Below are positions 8,583-19,842 of a DNA stretch of 28,242 bases, piece by piece. Below the pieces are notes generated by a model. The model was not told where the DNA came from. It saw only the letters and a list, made by a program, of their open reading frames with translations, and did no database searches. This DNA is from Thraustochytrium aureum. Its lineage: Eukaryota. Within the stretch, counting starts at the first letter, position 1; each line of letters starts with the position of its first letter. A program made the position numbers and the translations under genes. Location of the stretch: the NCBI GenBank assembly GCA_012862495.1, contig BLSG01000391.1:417760-446001 (forward strand), written 5' to 3'.

Positions 8583-11284
8583 GGGCCGGTTCGCTCAAGC
8601 TTGCTCTTCATTTCTAGCTAGTGGCTAAAGCTGAGGCCCCCCGCCTTGCCTACTGGCTAGTGGCCAAGCGCAGCACCCCACCTTGCTGCGGCTCATTTCA
8701 GTTTTGCTTTCCAAGTCAATTTTCCTCTACTCTGTTTGAGATCCGCAAGCTGACGCCGCGGCCAACACTCTCTTTCGCGGTCGAGCCCACTGGTGGCTCG
8801 GGCAAGCAGGCTGTGGGTCTTCTGGCAACTTTTCGCTCGCGATAGAGTGGCCCCGGCCGACGGACTGGGCTGACCCGCACCCTCGGAAGCTGCCCGTCAA
8901 CGAACGCATCGTTCCCCAAACGAAGCGCCATCGCTCAAGCTACCCGTTAGAGCCACATTTGAGACGGACTCGGCTCAGGGCGAGGCCGGGCCAGCGTGTT
9001 GCCGCCGTCCCAGCACGTGGGATAGAGGTCGGGTTGTCGAAGATGAAGCTTGCCAGAGCCGCGTGCAGGCTGGCTCGACGCCAACTCCATGCGGCCCCCC
9101 GCTCAAGCCAAGTAAAACCGAAGCAAAGAACGGAAGGCTTTCATTCGTCGGGCTCTTTTGCCATCGCTTGGCCCCATGGCGGCGGCGCTCTGTTCTTCCT
9201 CGACCTTGGCAACAACAACAGCAATGGGCGCGAGCGATCAGCACAACAAGCCAGCGCGGCACTGCGATGGCGGGCCGCAACGTCAAGTCACGTTTTTAAA
9301 TAATTTTGATTTGATTGAGCAGTCGCTTCGCGAACCAGGTGCTCGAATTCACGCAAGTCGGCTGCCAGGCCCCGATGGTTGTCATGGCCGTGCTCCATCT
9401 GCACTTTGCTGGGTCGCGGTGGGGCCTCCGGGAGTTTATCACGAAACGAGGACAACTGCGGCGCACGTTCACAGGCGAGTCTCGCTAATTCGCGCGGCTT
9501 TTCCTCGAGGTCACCCTGCAAAGCCGTCGAAGCGCAGAGGCCGTCAACGATTGGAGAGCGCTTTCGACGCGGCAAACACCAGCCGAGATCGCCTTCCTGC
9601 GTGTATCCGAGTCGGTAGTGAGAACGTCAGCCGCTCAGACGGGAGGTTTGAAAGTCGGAGCTATCTATCGCCGACATCGAGCAGTTTCCTCGAGCTGCGC
9701 CTGGGGCCGCAGGGCGTCTGCGGAGACGGGAGGTTTGCGTCCCTGTTGGCAACGAGGAGTGGTATCCAATCGGGGCCTCGGGAGTCCGACGATCGGAAGC
9801 CAGCCCTTCCCTCGGGAGGGCCATGATGCTGAATGATCCTCCACGGGCCAAAGCAGAATCTCGCGTCTGCGCTGTGCACGTGAATTGTGATTCAATTAAA
9901 CTTTCTCCGAAGCGTAGTTTCACCGAGAGGAGTGAACGCGCTGAAGGTGCGACAGGTCCCCGCGTCCCAATTCGAGCAAACGCCACTTATTCCAACAAAT
10001 CCGCAAGCGTTGACGCAGCGACACCGCAGGGAATGGTAAACCACGGGAGCGACTCGCTGCGGTTTCAACGGATAAACCCGCCGGCTGCCGGTCGCGCTGA
10101 CGCGCCATGAGGGGCTGGCGTTGGCGGCAACGAGGGAATCTCCACCGTTATCCGGTGTATCCACCCCAAAACAAATCAAAATCCCCAAAGGCAANNNNNN
10201 NNNNNNNNNNNNNNNNNNNNNNNNNNNNNNNNNNNNNNNNNNNNNNNNNNNNNNNNNNNNNNNNNNNNNNNNNNNNNNNNNNNNNNNNNNNNNNNNNNNN
10301 NNNNNNNNNNNNNNNNNNNNNNNNNNNNNNNNNNNNNNNNNNNNNNNNNNNNNNNNNNNNNNNNNNNNNNNNNNNNNNNNNNNNNNNNNNNNNNNNNNNN
10401 NNNNNNNNNNNNNNNNNNNNNNNNNNNNNNNNNNNNNNNNNNNNNNNNNNNNNNNNNNNNNNNNNNNNNNNNNNNNNNNNNNNNNNNNNNNNNNNNNNNN
10501 NNNNNNNNNNNNNNNNNNNNNNNNNNNNNNNNNNNNNNNNNNNNNNNNNNNNNNNNNNNNNNNNNNNNNNNNNNNNNNNNNNNNNNNNNNNNNNNNNNNN
10601 NNNNNNNNNNNNNNNNNNNNNNNNNNNNNNNNNNNNNNNNNNNNNNNNNNNNNNNNNNNNNNNNNNNNNNNNNNNNNNNNNNNNNNNNNNNNNNNNNNNN
10701 NNNNNNNNNNNNNNNNNNNNNNNNNNNNNNNNNNNNNNNNNNNNNNNNNNNNNNNNNNNNNNNNNNNNNNNNNNNNNNNNNNNNNNNNNNNNNNNNNNNN
10801 NNNNNNNNNNNNNNNNNNNNNNNNNNNNNNNNNNNNNNNNNNNNNNNNNNNNNNNNNNNNNNNNNNNNNNNNNNNNNNNNNNNNNNNNNNNNNNNNNNNN
10901 NNNNNNNNNNNNNNNNNNNNNNNNNNNNNNNNNNNNNNNNNNNNNNNNNNNNNNNNNNNNNNNNNNNNNNNNNNNNNNNNNNNNNNNNNNNNNNNNNNNN
11001 NNNNNNNNNNNNNNNNNNNNNNNNNNNNNNNNNNNNNNNNNNNNNNNNNNNNNNNNNNNNNNNNNNNNNNNNNNNNNNNNNNNNNNNNNNNNNNNNNNNN
11101 NNNNNNNNNAGCTCTTTTATTCGGTGACGTGAATGCCAGACAGTGCAGCGTGGCCACTGCTCATCGCAGGTCGCTGTGGCTCGCTCAGGCTGGATGGATA
11201 CCGGTGAGCGGTGGGGGTCTTTGAGCACGCACTCAGGCTGGCCTTCGCTCCTGCCCTTTGCATCGGGAGCAGGATCTGTCAGCC

Positions 11285-11320
11285 AGCCTGCCCGCCCGCC
11301 CGCCCGCCTGCCTGCCTGTC
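11285..11320 (+). repeat. (GCCC/GCCT)n microsatellite
   Basis: CAGCCTGCCCGCCCGCCCGCCCGCCTGCCTGCCTGTC. Confidence 0.85.
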
Positions 11321-11924
11321 TGCGTCGCATCGCGCGTCCGCCCGCAAGAGCAAACCCGCCCCGAGGCGCTGGAGCTGGCCAGCCAGCATTGCATTCGCGT
11401 TTTGTGTCGTGTTTCTTCCGTTCTCGCGTGCAGATTCACCAGGCGCCGGCGATCACCGAGCCAAGCGCAAGTAGGTAGAAGAGTACCTACGCGAGTCGCA
11501 GATCGCATCAATCAATCCGTCAATCCGTCAATCCGTGGGCCGCGCTCCTGCAAGTCCAAGCTCGCTCCGGCCTCGCGGCGCCGCGACACGGACAGCGCCC
11601 GCCGATCACGCACTTGACCGCCAACAACCAAAAACCAAAAAAAAAAACAAACAACAACAACAACCAGCCAAGCACAACGCCCAAGGAGCAACTTGAAGTC
11701 CCAAAACCCAACACCACATCACACCACAGAGGCGTGAGTACCCTGCCAGCCCATTCCGAGTCCTTGAAGAGCAGAAACAAAGAAACAAAGAAACAAAAGT
11801 GAACTTGAAGCTGTACCACTGCTCGCTACTCGTAGTAGGCAGGAGGTAGAGTACTCAGTACCCCCCAATCCCTGCCCCTCCCTGCTGGCCCGGCTGAAAA
11901 ACCTCGATGTGACCTCCGCTGTGT

Positions 11925-12336
11925 CCCCTCCTCCTTCCTCCTTTCCCGGCTCTCTCTTCCCTCCTTCCTCCCCCTCTCTCCTCCCCCTTCCCTCCTTCTC
12001 TCTCTCTCCTTCTCACTCACTCTCTCCTTCTCTCTCTCTCTCTATCACTCTCTCCTTCTCTCTCCTTCTCTCTATCACTCTCTCTCTCTGCTTGCGACCC
12101 ACTTTCCACCTCCCGCCACATCCATCATCATCGACGGCGGCTCTCCCTCGCAGGGCATCCGGCGCCTCTCCGCCCGCCCCCGCTCTGCTCTCCGACGTGC
12201 CTCTCTCTTCCCGGCCTATATGCGCTTGGCGGGGATGTGCCGGCGGAGGGGGGGGAGTGCCGTGGTACCCCCTCAGTGAAGCTGCTGGAGGGGAAGGGAG
12301 AAAGGAGAGAAGGAAGGGAGGAAGGGGAGAAAGGGA
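11925..12336 (+). repeat. Polypyrimidine (CT-rich) tract at about 11925-12090 and polypurine (GA-rich) tract at about 12287-12336
   Basis: Directly visible low-complexity C/T run. The G/A run extends into the gap at 12337. Confidence 0.9.
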
Positions 12337-14111
12337 NNNNNNNNNNNNNNNNNNNNNNNNNNNNNNNNNNNNNNNNNNNNNNNNNNNNNNNNNNNNNNNN
12401 NNNNNNNNNNNNNNNNNNNNNNNNNNNNNNNNNNNNNNNNNNNNNNNNNNNNNNNNNNNNNNNNNNNNNNNNNNNNNNNNNNNNNNNNNNNNNNNNNNNN
12501 NNNNNNNNNNNNNNNNNNNNNNNNNNNNNNNNNNNNNNNNNNNNNNNNNNNNNNNNNNNNNNNNNNNNNNNNNNNNNNNNNNNNNNNNNNNNNNNNNNNN
12601 NCCTCGAAGGCAGGCGGCGGGCTGGCTGGCGCGCGGGCCGTGCAGAGGGCGAGCGGAGGAGCGCGACGCGGGGCACGCTGCGAGCGCGCTGTGTGCGGTG
12701 GGCTGCCGCGGTTGAGGCTGCCGGGAGCGGCGCTGACGCGCAGGGTGGATTGTGTTGTGTTCGGTTATTGAATCGTCTGGGTGGAAATCAGACCCCTCGG
12801 AAGGCCACGCACGCCTCGGAGCGCGAGGCGGGCCGGGGGTCTGGCGGCGGCTGCTGCTGCTGGTGGCTGGCGGTGCGGAGGGCCGGCCGTGGACCGCGGG
12901 TGGGCCGCGGGGTTTCGGTGCTCGTTTTTATTGGTTTTATTGGTTTTTTTGAACGGACGAACGAGAGTCCAGTTTCAGCGAGTCCAGGGCGTCCCACTCG
13001 ACGCCGCGGGCGAGGGAGCGCGTCACGGACATCCATACTGCGCCGCAGACTCCCTTCTTTGAGACAACGCATCTGGTTACCGGCGAGGTGGGTGGACAGG
13101 TCCAGAAAGCCCAAGAGTCCACGCGAACGGCGCCGCGGTGGCCGCGTGCAAAGAGTCCAACTTGGCCACACTGCCCGCGTGACGCGACGATACGAGGTGC
13201 ACCTGGACATTCTTTCTTTCCGCAAGGGCCCAAACATTCCGCGAGGAAGCGGCCGCTCGTTGCCGACGCCGGCAAGAGCCAAACAGCCCGAGCCGTCATC
13301 CATCTGCGGAGGCGTTGCACCAACACACAACACAAATAAGCTCTCGCCGACGCACGCACCAGAGCCGCGGCTCGTCAGCCGTCCATTCGGGCCTGCCAGC
13401 CATCCATTTGGGCCGGACGCATCTGTTGACCGGGCCCAGCTCAGGGGACCTCTGACCAACTCGGGAAAAGGGCCACTTTTCGGCAGCAAGTCGCAGGCGG
13501 AGGTGCACGGACCAAGGACGTATCAGCTTGTGCACGGAGCCGGATCCGCGCCCTCATCGCTAGTTTCCAGACCCGCCGCTTCCTCCTTGCGTGGTGGAGA
13601 GGCAGACCGACGGACAAAAAGCTCGCTGACCCGGCGTCCCTGAGCACCTGTGCACACCACAAGCAACTGCACGACTAGCTATTAGCGAGGGAGCGAGCGA
13701 GAGACTCCTGAGGAGCTTCGCCAGCCACGGTTCGTGACGCAACGCCAGTCTCGCGCTGCCACACGCCCGGCCCTCGCAAAGCCAACGCAACGAGCCAACT
13801 CGGCGAACCAGCCGGATCTCGCCCCGGCGCCACCGTCCGTCCACAAGCGCGATTCGAGATCGCCTCCGTCACGGGCGCTGTACACACCTAGCAGAGAGCA
13901 CGCACCTCGGAACACCGCCCCCAAGCCCAGAGTCCCAGCCGACTTGCCAGTGCAGCACAGCAGGCACTGAGGGTGGGCCGAAGAGAGGGGCCGCCATTTC
14001 GCACCGCTCCAGTCTTGAGCTGGAACAGTGCAGGTCCTGAAACTCGACAGCATCAGTGCCCTGCAAAGAGCACTCGCGGGCGCTGCTTCCAGTCCCGCAA
14101 CGCGCGAGCAC

Positions 14112-15963
14112 ATGCAAGCAATGCCTGCCTCGCAACCCCACCCCAGCCAGCAAAGGCCAATGTCGCGCGACGCAAGCACAAACTCGGTCGAGACGGCGCA
14201 GAGCCGCGCCAAAAAGCTGATCTGGACGCCGGATGAGGACCGCATCCTGCGCCAAGTCCTCAACGAGAGCGGCATCAAGCAGCTCCCGAACGGCACGACC
14301 GCGCTGAACGGGTCCTGGGGTGACGTCGCCGAGCACCTGCCTGGTCGCTCGGCAAAACAATGCCGCGAGCGGTGGTGCTACAACCTGTCCCCAATGATCC
14401 GCCGCGACCTCTGGACGCTCGAGGAGGACGCCATCCTGCTCACCTGGCAAAGGCGCGTCGGCAACCAGTGGGCCCTCATTGCCCGCAAGCTTTGCGGACG
14501 CACGGAGAACAGCGTGAAAATTCGCTTCAAGAGCATCCGCCGAGCCAGCAAGCGGGTCTGGACCGACGCCGACGACGAAAACCTCCTCAGGCTCCACACC
14601 GAAATCGGCTCGCGCTGGGACCAGATCGCCTCGCTCATGCCCGGCCGGACACGCAACGGGGTAAAGACCCGCTGTCTCCTCCTGCGCAAGGGCGTCGTGG
14701 ACAAGCAGCCGGTGCTTGGCTCCCCAGAGCAGATCCTCAAGCAGCCCAGCTTTCTCGCGCAGATGGAGGCCATCATCGCCCAGTCAGAGGGCAGGGCCGT
14801 CGCGCACCCGCCCCCGGCCTCGCTTGCCCAGTATGGCGAGCAGGCCCACGACGACGACGACGAGGAGGAGGACGATGCCGGGGCGAGCCAAGCTGCTGGT
14901 GCTCGCGCGCGCGCCCACACCACGCCTGCCACGGGCACCACAGAGCACGACGACGCCTCGTCGGATGAAGGCTCGGACCGGCCCTCCAACGAGGCGTCGT
15001 CGTCGGAGGCGGAGGCCGACGAANNNNNNNNNNNNNNNNNNNNNNNNNNNNNNNNNNNNNNNNNNNNNNNNNNNNNNNNNNNNNNNNNNNNNNNNNNNNN
15101 NNNNNNNNNNNNNNNNNNNNNNNNNNNNNNNNNNNNNNNNNNNNNNNNNNNNNNNNNNNNNNNNNNNNNNNNNNNNNNNACCTGGACCTGGACCTGCAGT
15201 CCGGCCAAACTTGCGCTCAAGCTGGCCAGGCCCTCCAATCCTGCTCGGCCGTTTCTCCCTTGTCGGTCGCATCTAACGCGACAACGGCGCTGGAAGGCAC
15301 ACCGACCGGGTCGGCGCGTCCCTTCGGCAGCCTCTGGCAAGCCGGTGTCTCTGCTGGCCTCAAGGTGGAGCCCATGTTTTCGAGCAGTCCAGGGGCTGGG
15401 TCTATCGGCGGGTCTGCAAACATTGCGCGCGACTTTGAGTCCCTCCGGAGCCTGATGCTCGCAAATTCCCGCGTCCCGAGCGCCTGGGCCCCCCATGCGG
15501 GGAGCGAGTCTGCCTCGCCATCGCGCTCGCCCTCGTCGGCCGCGTTCGGACAGGCGCCCTCGCCCTCGTCGGCCGCGTTCGGACAGGCGCCCACGCCCCT
15601 CGTCGGCAGCGTTCGGGGGCGCCCGGAAACCAGGCGATCGACTTGCTCGCGCAACTGCAGCTCCTCAAAGTCATCCAGCAGCAGCAGCAGCTCATGGAGC
15701 AGCGCCAGCTTCTGCAGCGCAGCTTTGACGAGAGTGGTCGAGGCCAAGGCAGCGCACGGATGGTCGACACCGGCATGCCCCCGTTCAGTTACACCAGCGC
15801 GGCTTCGCCCCTCGAGGCGCTTAGCCCCGGGGGGCAAGCCTTTTCAGCAAACAGGGCGCAGCCCGCGTACGCAAGCCACGCGGCACAGGAGCAGCAGCAG
15901 AGCAGCGTCAAGGGCGAATCGCCCACGACAGAGCTGATCATGCAGCTCCTCAAGAAGTTGTAA
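14112..15963 (+). CDS. MYB transcription factor with three Myb repeats; gap 15024-15179; apparent frameshift at 15596-15619; may extend 5'
   Basis: Repeats WTPDEDRIL...WGDVAEHLPGRSAKQCRERWCYNLSP, WTLEEDAILL...GNQWALIARKLCGRTENSVKIRF and WTDADDENLL...GSRWDQIASLMPGRTRNGVKTR, followed by acidic, Ser/Pro-rich and Gln-rich segments ending ELIMQLLKKL* at 15963. First in-frame ATG is at 14112; the frame is open upstream, so an upstream exon is possible. Confidence 0.9.
15527..15618 (+). repeat. 33-bp coding tandem repeat (SPSSAAFGQAP x2 plus degenerate third copy)
   Basis: TCGCCCTCGTCGGCCGCGTTCGGACAGGCGCCC at 15527 and 15560, with a diverged partial copy at 15593. Confidence 0.9.
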
Positions 15964-16239
15964 CCTCACCGTTTTTTAAAATATCGTAGTAGAAGCCGGC
16001 TCGCGGCTGCTGTCTCCTCAGGCCGCCCGGCAAGTAGTTTCAAAACCCAAGTTCGCCTATTTGATCCACTCCCCCCGCCCATTCACCCACCCACATACGC
16101 AACACCTTTTGGGGGGTTTAGATCGCCACATTGTCAAAGCGGGCCACACGCACCAAGGCCCAAGAGGCCGCGCTATTCGTCGGCTCCCTCCGTGGCGGCT
16201 CTCTCTCTCTCTCTCTAGTAGCTGGTGGAGAAAGAGCCT

Positions 16240-17301
16240 TCACAACGGCGGCGACTCGCCCATGCCGGCGTTCGAGCCGTCCATGAAGCCGTTGACCTTG
16301 CGCTGCACCTCGCCAAGCGCGCCGGCCCCTTTGGTGATCGCCGCCAAGTACGAGATGAGCATCGTGTCGTCAAACTCGCTCTCAAACTCGCCCTGGAACG
16401 CCGCCGAGTCCATGACAGGGAGGCGGTTGCAAATGCTCGCAATCTCACGAAGCACCGCGTGGTCGCGCGGCAGGTCGCCCGACTTTGCGTGCACCAAGTA
16501 CTTCTCCAAGGCGCGCATGCGCTTGGTCAGCATCTCGACAGAGTTGTGAAGGTCGCCCAAGTGCTGCAACAGCGACGACCCTTGATTGGGGCCTCCGCCG
16601 CCCTTGACAATCTGGTCGACCGTGATCCGCTCCGGCTCGGTGGCCTCGATCTGAAACTCGACGTCCACAAAGATCATGGTTGGCACGTCGTTGATCACCT
16701 GCATCACCGACTCGTACATCTTGACCGGGAGCTCTTTGGTCTCGGCCGAGATGTTCGGATCGACCAACAGGAGCAGCGGGCTCTCGTTCAACTCGCACAC
16801 CGCGCGATGAATCGCCATGTCCTCTGCCTGCGCCTCAGAGCCGACAGTGTACCATCCGAGCAGCTCGTACGTCGGAAAGACCGCGCTGACTGTCCTCGCC
16901 GCCGCCCGTCCCGCGTCAGCGACGCCCGCAGCCGCTCGGCCGCGCTGCCACAACACTTACAGTGCTCGCGCTTCTTCTCCACAAACGCTTTGTTGAGCGC
17001 AAAGCTCCCGCCAGCATCCGTGGAGTACTCCACCTCGAACGAGTCAAACACGTGCACGGACAGTCCGCTTTGGCACCCGAACAGCACCCCGAGCACGCGT
17101 TTCTCTGGCGACCCTCCAAACTGCGCCCTCGTAAGGTGGTCCGAAACGTTCACCAGCACCAGCTGCGCATCCGCACCTCGACCCAGTCAGCTCCGCGCGT
17201 CCGCAGAGCGCATCGCCCACGCATCCATCCATCCATCCATCCATCCATCGACTCACCGGGTGCAGGCTGAGCGACCCGCTGCGGCCCGAGTCCGCCGCCA
17301 T
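16240..17301 (-). CDS. COPS6: COP9 signalosome subunit 6 (MPN domain); exons 17301-17257, 17162-16961, 16889-16240
   Basis: Spliced: MAADSGRSGSLSLHP|LVLVNVSDHLTR...RVLGVLFGCQSG...FDSFE...KKREH|FSAVFPTYELLGWY...NESPLLL...ELPVKMYES...ERITVDQI...HAVLREIASICNRLPV...DTMLISYLAAITKG matches CSN6 throughout. Confidence 0.95.
16890..16960 (-). other. Intron 2 of COPS6 (71 nt)
   Basis: GTAAGT donor at 16960, GCTGAC branch (16920-16915), CAG acceptor ending 16890. The phase-1 join gives EHFSAVF. Confidence 0.9.
17163..17256 (-). other. Intron 1 of COPS6 (94 nt) containing a (GGAT)n microsatellite
   Basis: GTGAGT donor at 17256, CAG acceptor ending 17163. The join rebuilds the conserved LHPLV motif. 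(ATCC)n at 17223-17249 on the plus strand. Confidence 0.9.
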
Positions 17302-17392
17302 CTCGTCTCCCCAAACCCCGACCAAAAACCCCAAATCAACCCAGCCGACGCTGCGTCGATCCCTCCACGGCGCTCGCGATTCGCGCGATAAC

Positions 17393-17433
17393 TGCTGCTC
17401 TGCTCCGCTCCGCTCTGCTCCGCTCTGCTCTGC
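17393..17433 (+). repeat. Pentamer microsatellite (CTCTG/CTCCG)n upstream of COPS6
   Basis: TGCTCTGCTCCGCTCCGCTCTGCTCCGCTCTGCTCTGC. Confidence 0.85.
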
Positions 17434-18930
17434 CTCCTGCGCCTCCTGAGGCCGTCCGCGCGCTCCTCGACGGCGTTCGTTCGGTGTCTGGGAGGCCTTG
17501 TTCTGCCCAGTGGATTGGATACNNNNNNNNNNNNNNNNNNNNNNNNNNNNNNNNNNNNNNNNNNNNNNNNNNNNNNNNNNNNNNNNNNNNNNNNNNNNNN
17601 NNNNNNNNNNNNNNNNNNNNNNNNNNNNNNNNNNNNNNNNNNNNNNNNNNNNNNNNNNNNNNNNNNNNNNNNNNNNNNNNNNNNNNNNNNNNNNNNNNNN
17701 NNNNNNNNNNNNNNNNNNNNNNNNNNNNNNNNNNNNNNNNNNNNNNNNNNNNNNNNNNNNNNNNNNNNNNNNNNNNNNNNNNNNNNNNNNNNNNNNNNNN
17801 NNNNNNNNNNNCCCATTGGAGCCAGACTGGCGGCCAGAAGTCTGAAGAGCGAAGACCCCGATGGGTAATGCGCGAACTTGCTGACGATCGATCACCCACG
17901 TATCGGAATAGTTGCACCTCTTCGTGGAGCAGCCGGAATAACCAGCTGAAGCCTGCGTGCCCCAGCCACCAGTGGCCTCGATCACGACAGGTGGGAAGGT
18001 CTTGCCGGAGAGCGACGCATCGAGAACAAGACTCGACTCACTGGCGGAGCTGTCCACCGCTGGCGCATCCATCCTTGGCTGTCTCGGACGTCCAGGGTAT
18101 GAGCGAACTGTTGCATCCGTGGGAGCCATGTACGGCTCGGACTTGTTTCGCAGCAGGGACAAACGTCCAAACAAGCCTGCGTAGACTGGCGCGAGTGGCT
18201 CGTGGACAGCGACAGGCGCGCTTGATCGCAACCGAGCTCTTCCGAGGAAGCTCGAGAAGACTCTCTTGTCTGGAACGCAAGAAGGATGACGCATAAAGAG
18301 CTGGTTGAGCGGACGTCGGGGCCAACCACGCGCTGGAGTATCTTGCTCACTCTTCAACTCGTTGGACTGGACCGACAGCTATGCTGAAACGCTAATTGCT
18401 TTTCGTTCAATCGATCGTGTCAGCATCGCGAGGCTGTCGTCCATCACGTTTTGCCCGTTCGTCATCTGGGCAAAGTGCGGCCCTCACGAGCTGGCCTAGG
18501 TCTGCCACCTGCGTGACGTCACAGCGCCTCCAGTGCGGAAGCAACAAACATCAGGTCGTGCGAGGCCTTGAACGTGGTCGTGCCAAGTTCTGGTGGGACG
18601 ACGGCGAGCTGGTGGAATGCACCGTAGGCGGAATGGGTTGGATGATAGACGGTGGATTGGTTTAGCGTCGCCTTTTCCCGCCGCTGCACGCACGCGGCGG
18701 CCCGGTTTTATGCGATCGAGGTGCCGGTCTTGTTTCATTTTAAAAAGATTGATTTTTTGAATTGATGCCGAATCGGGAAGGTTTGGCGGACTAGCAGGGT
18801 TCGTTGCGCGCGGCGAAGGAGCAAGGTTGCAATACAACGGCACAGCCACGACCTCCCTCGGTTTCTAGAGTATAGATTCGAATAGCGGCTTTGCGCGCTG
18901 GGCCCAAGCTACTCGCATGCAAACAACAAA

Positions 18931-19842
18931 CTAGCCCAACAGAGCCGCCAGCACAAGCTCCTGCGCCCGCCTCGTGGGTGCGCTCGAGTCAAAAGCCCCT
19001 GCCCGACGCCGCGCCTTGCGGAGGTCCTCCTTGGAAAGCGACGCAAAGGGCGACGCCTCAACGGGCGCCTTGGACGGCTTGGGCTGCGCCTCGAGCTGGT
19101 GCTGCGGCCACAGCGCCGCTTGGTCGAGTTGCACAACTTGCGGACCGTATCCGGCCTCGACGGCGGCCTGCTCGCGCTCGCGCTGCTCGCGCTCCTCACG
19201 ATCGCGCTCAATTTTCTTGAGCGCCGCAGTCGTCGCGCGCAGCTCTCCCAGCGCGACCTGGTTGCCCTCTGCCTTTTCGAGCTGCTTTTCAAGCATCTCC
19301 TGGCGCTCGAGCATAAACATGTGCTTGAGCTGCTCGCGCCTGCGCGCGCGCCGGTCCGCCTCTTGCTGCTTGAACAGCTTTGTGCGCTGGGCACGGATAG
19401 CGGCGCGACGCGCAATCTTGGCGCCATTGTCGGCCTCGTTCTTCTCCATCTGCTCCCTCGTCCACTCTACTTGGATGCCGTACAGCTTGTTCCAAACAAC
19501 CTGCTCGGCCAGTTCTTGGTACGCCCCAAAGTCCGCGGCAGAGCCAAAGTCCTCTGCCTCGAGGTTGAACTTGGACATGACCTCTTGCCGCACCTTCATC
19601 TCGCGCGCATAGTCGAGCTCCTCCTTGGACTCTGACTTGACCTGCGTCTTCTTGATCAGCGTCCCGTTCGCGCACGCGGGGCACTCGACGACCTTTTTGG
19701 TCTTGAACACGACGTTGTTGAAGCAGTGCTCGCAGATCTGGTGCCCGCACTCGCTCGAGGTCTTGAACTCGAACCGCTTCGCCAGGTAGTTGATGTTCTT
19801 GTTCTTGCAGAATGCGCACGTGGAGTACAGCAGCTTGATCAT
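18931..19842 (-). CDS. MNAT1: CDK-activating kinase assembly factor MAT1 (TFIIH subunit), 303 aa, intronless
   Basis: N-terminal C3HC4 RING (CAFC...CGHQICEHC...CPAC), then EMKVRQEVMSKFNLEAEDF...YQELAEQVVWNKLYGI, a coiled coil, and C-terminal RAGAF...RRAQE, matching MAT1 architecture. Confidence 0.88.
   Translation of the reverse strand: MIKLLYSTCAFCKNKNINYLAKRFEFKTSSECGHQICEHCFNNVVFKTKKVVECPACANGTLIKKTQVKSESKEELDYAREMKVRQEVMSKFNLEAEDFGSAADFGAYQELAEQVVWNKLYGIQVEWTREQMEKNEADNGAKIARRAAIRAQRTKLFKQQEADRRARRREQLKHMFMLERQEMLEKQLEKAEGNQVALGELRATTAALKKIERDREEREQREREQAAVEAGYGPQVVQLDQAALWPQHQLEAQPKPSKAPVEASPFASLSKEDLRKARRRAGAFDSSAPTRRAQELVLAALLG

Noticed and set aside
9820..9950. C/D-box snoRNA suggested by ATGATG...CTGA
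   Set aside because: Box C is not a proper RTGATGA, and no terminal stem or recognisable rRNA guide was seen.
12601..13643. Long ORFs on both strands upstream of MYB
   Set aside because: Arg/Pro/Gly/Ser-rich translations with no codon bias or motifs, typical of GC-rich non-coding DNA.
17812..18850. Possible gene or transposon between COPS6 and MAT1
   Set aside because: Only short frame fragments with multiple stops, and no recognisable motifs, terminal repeats or splice structure. May be decayed sequence but cannot be supported.
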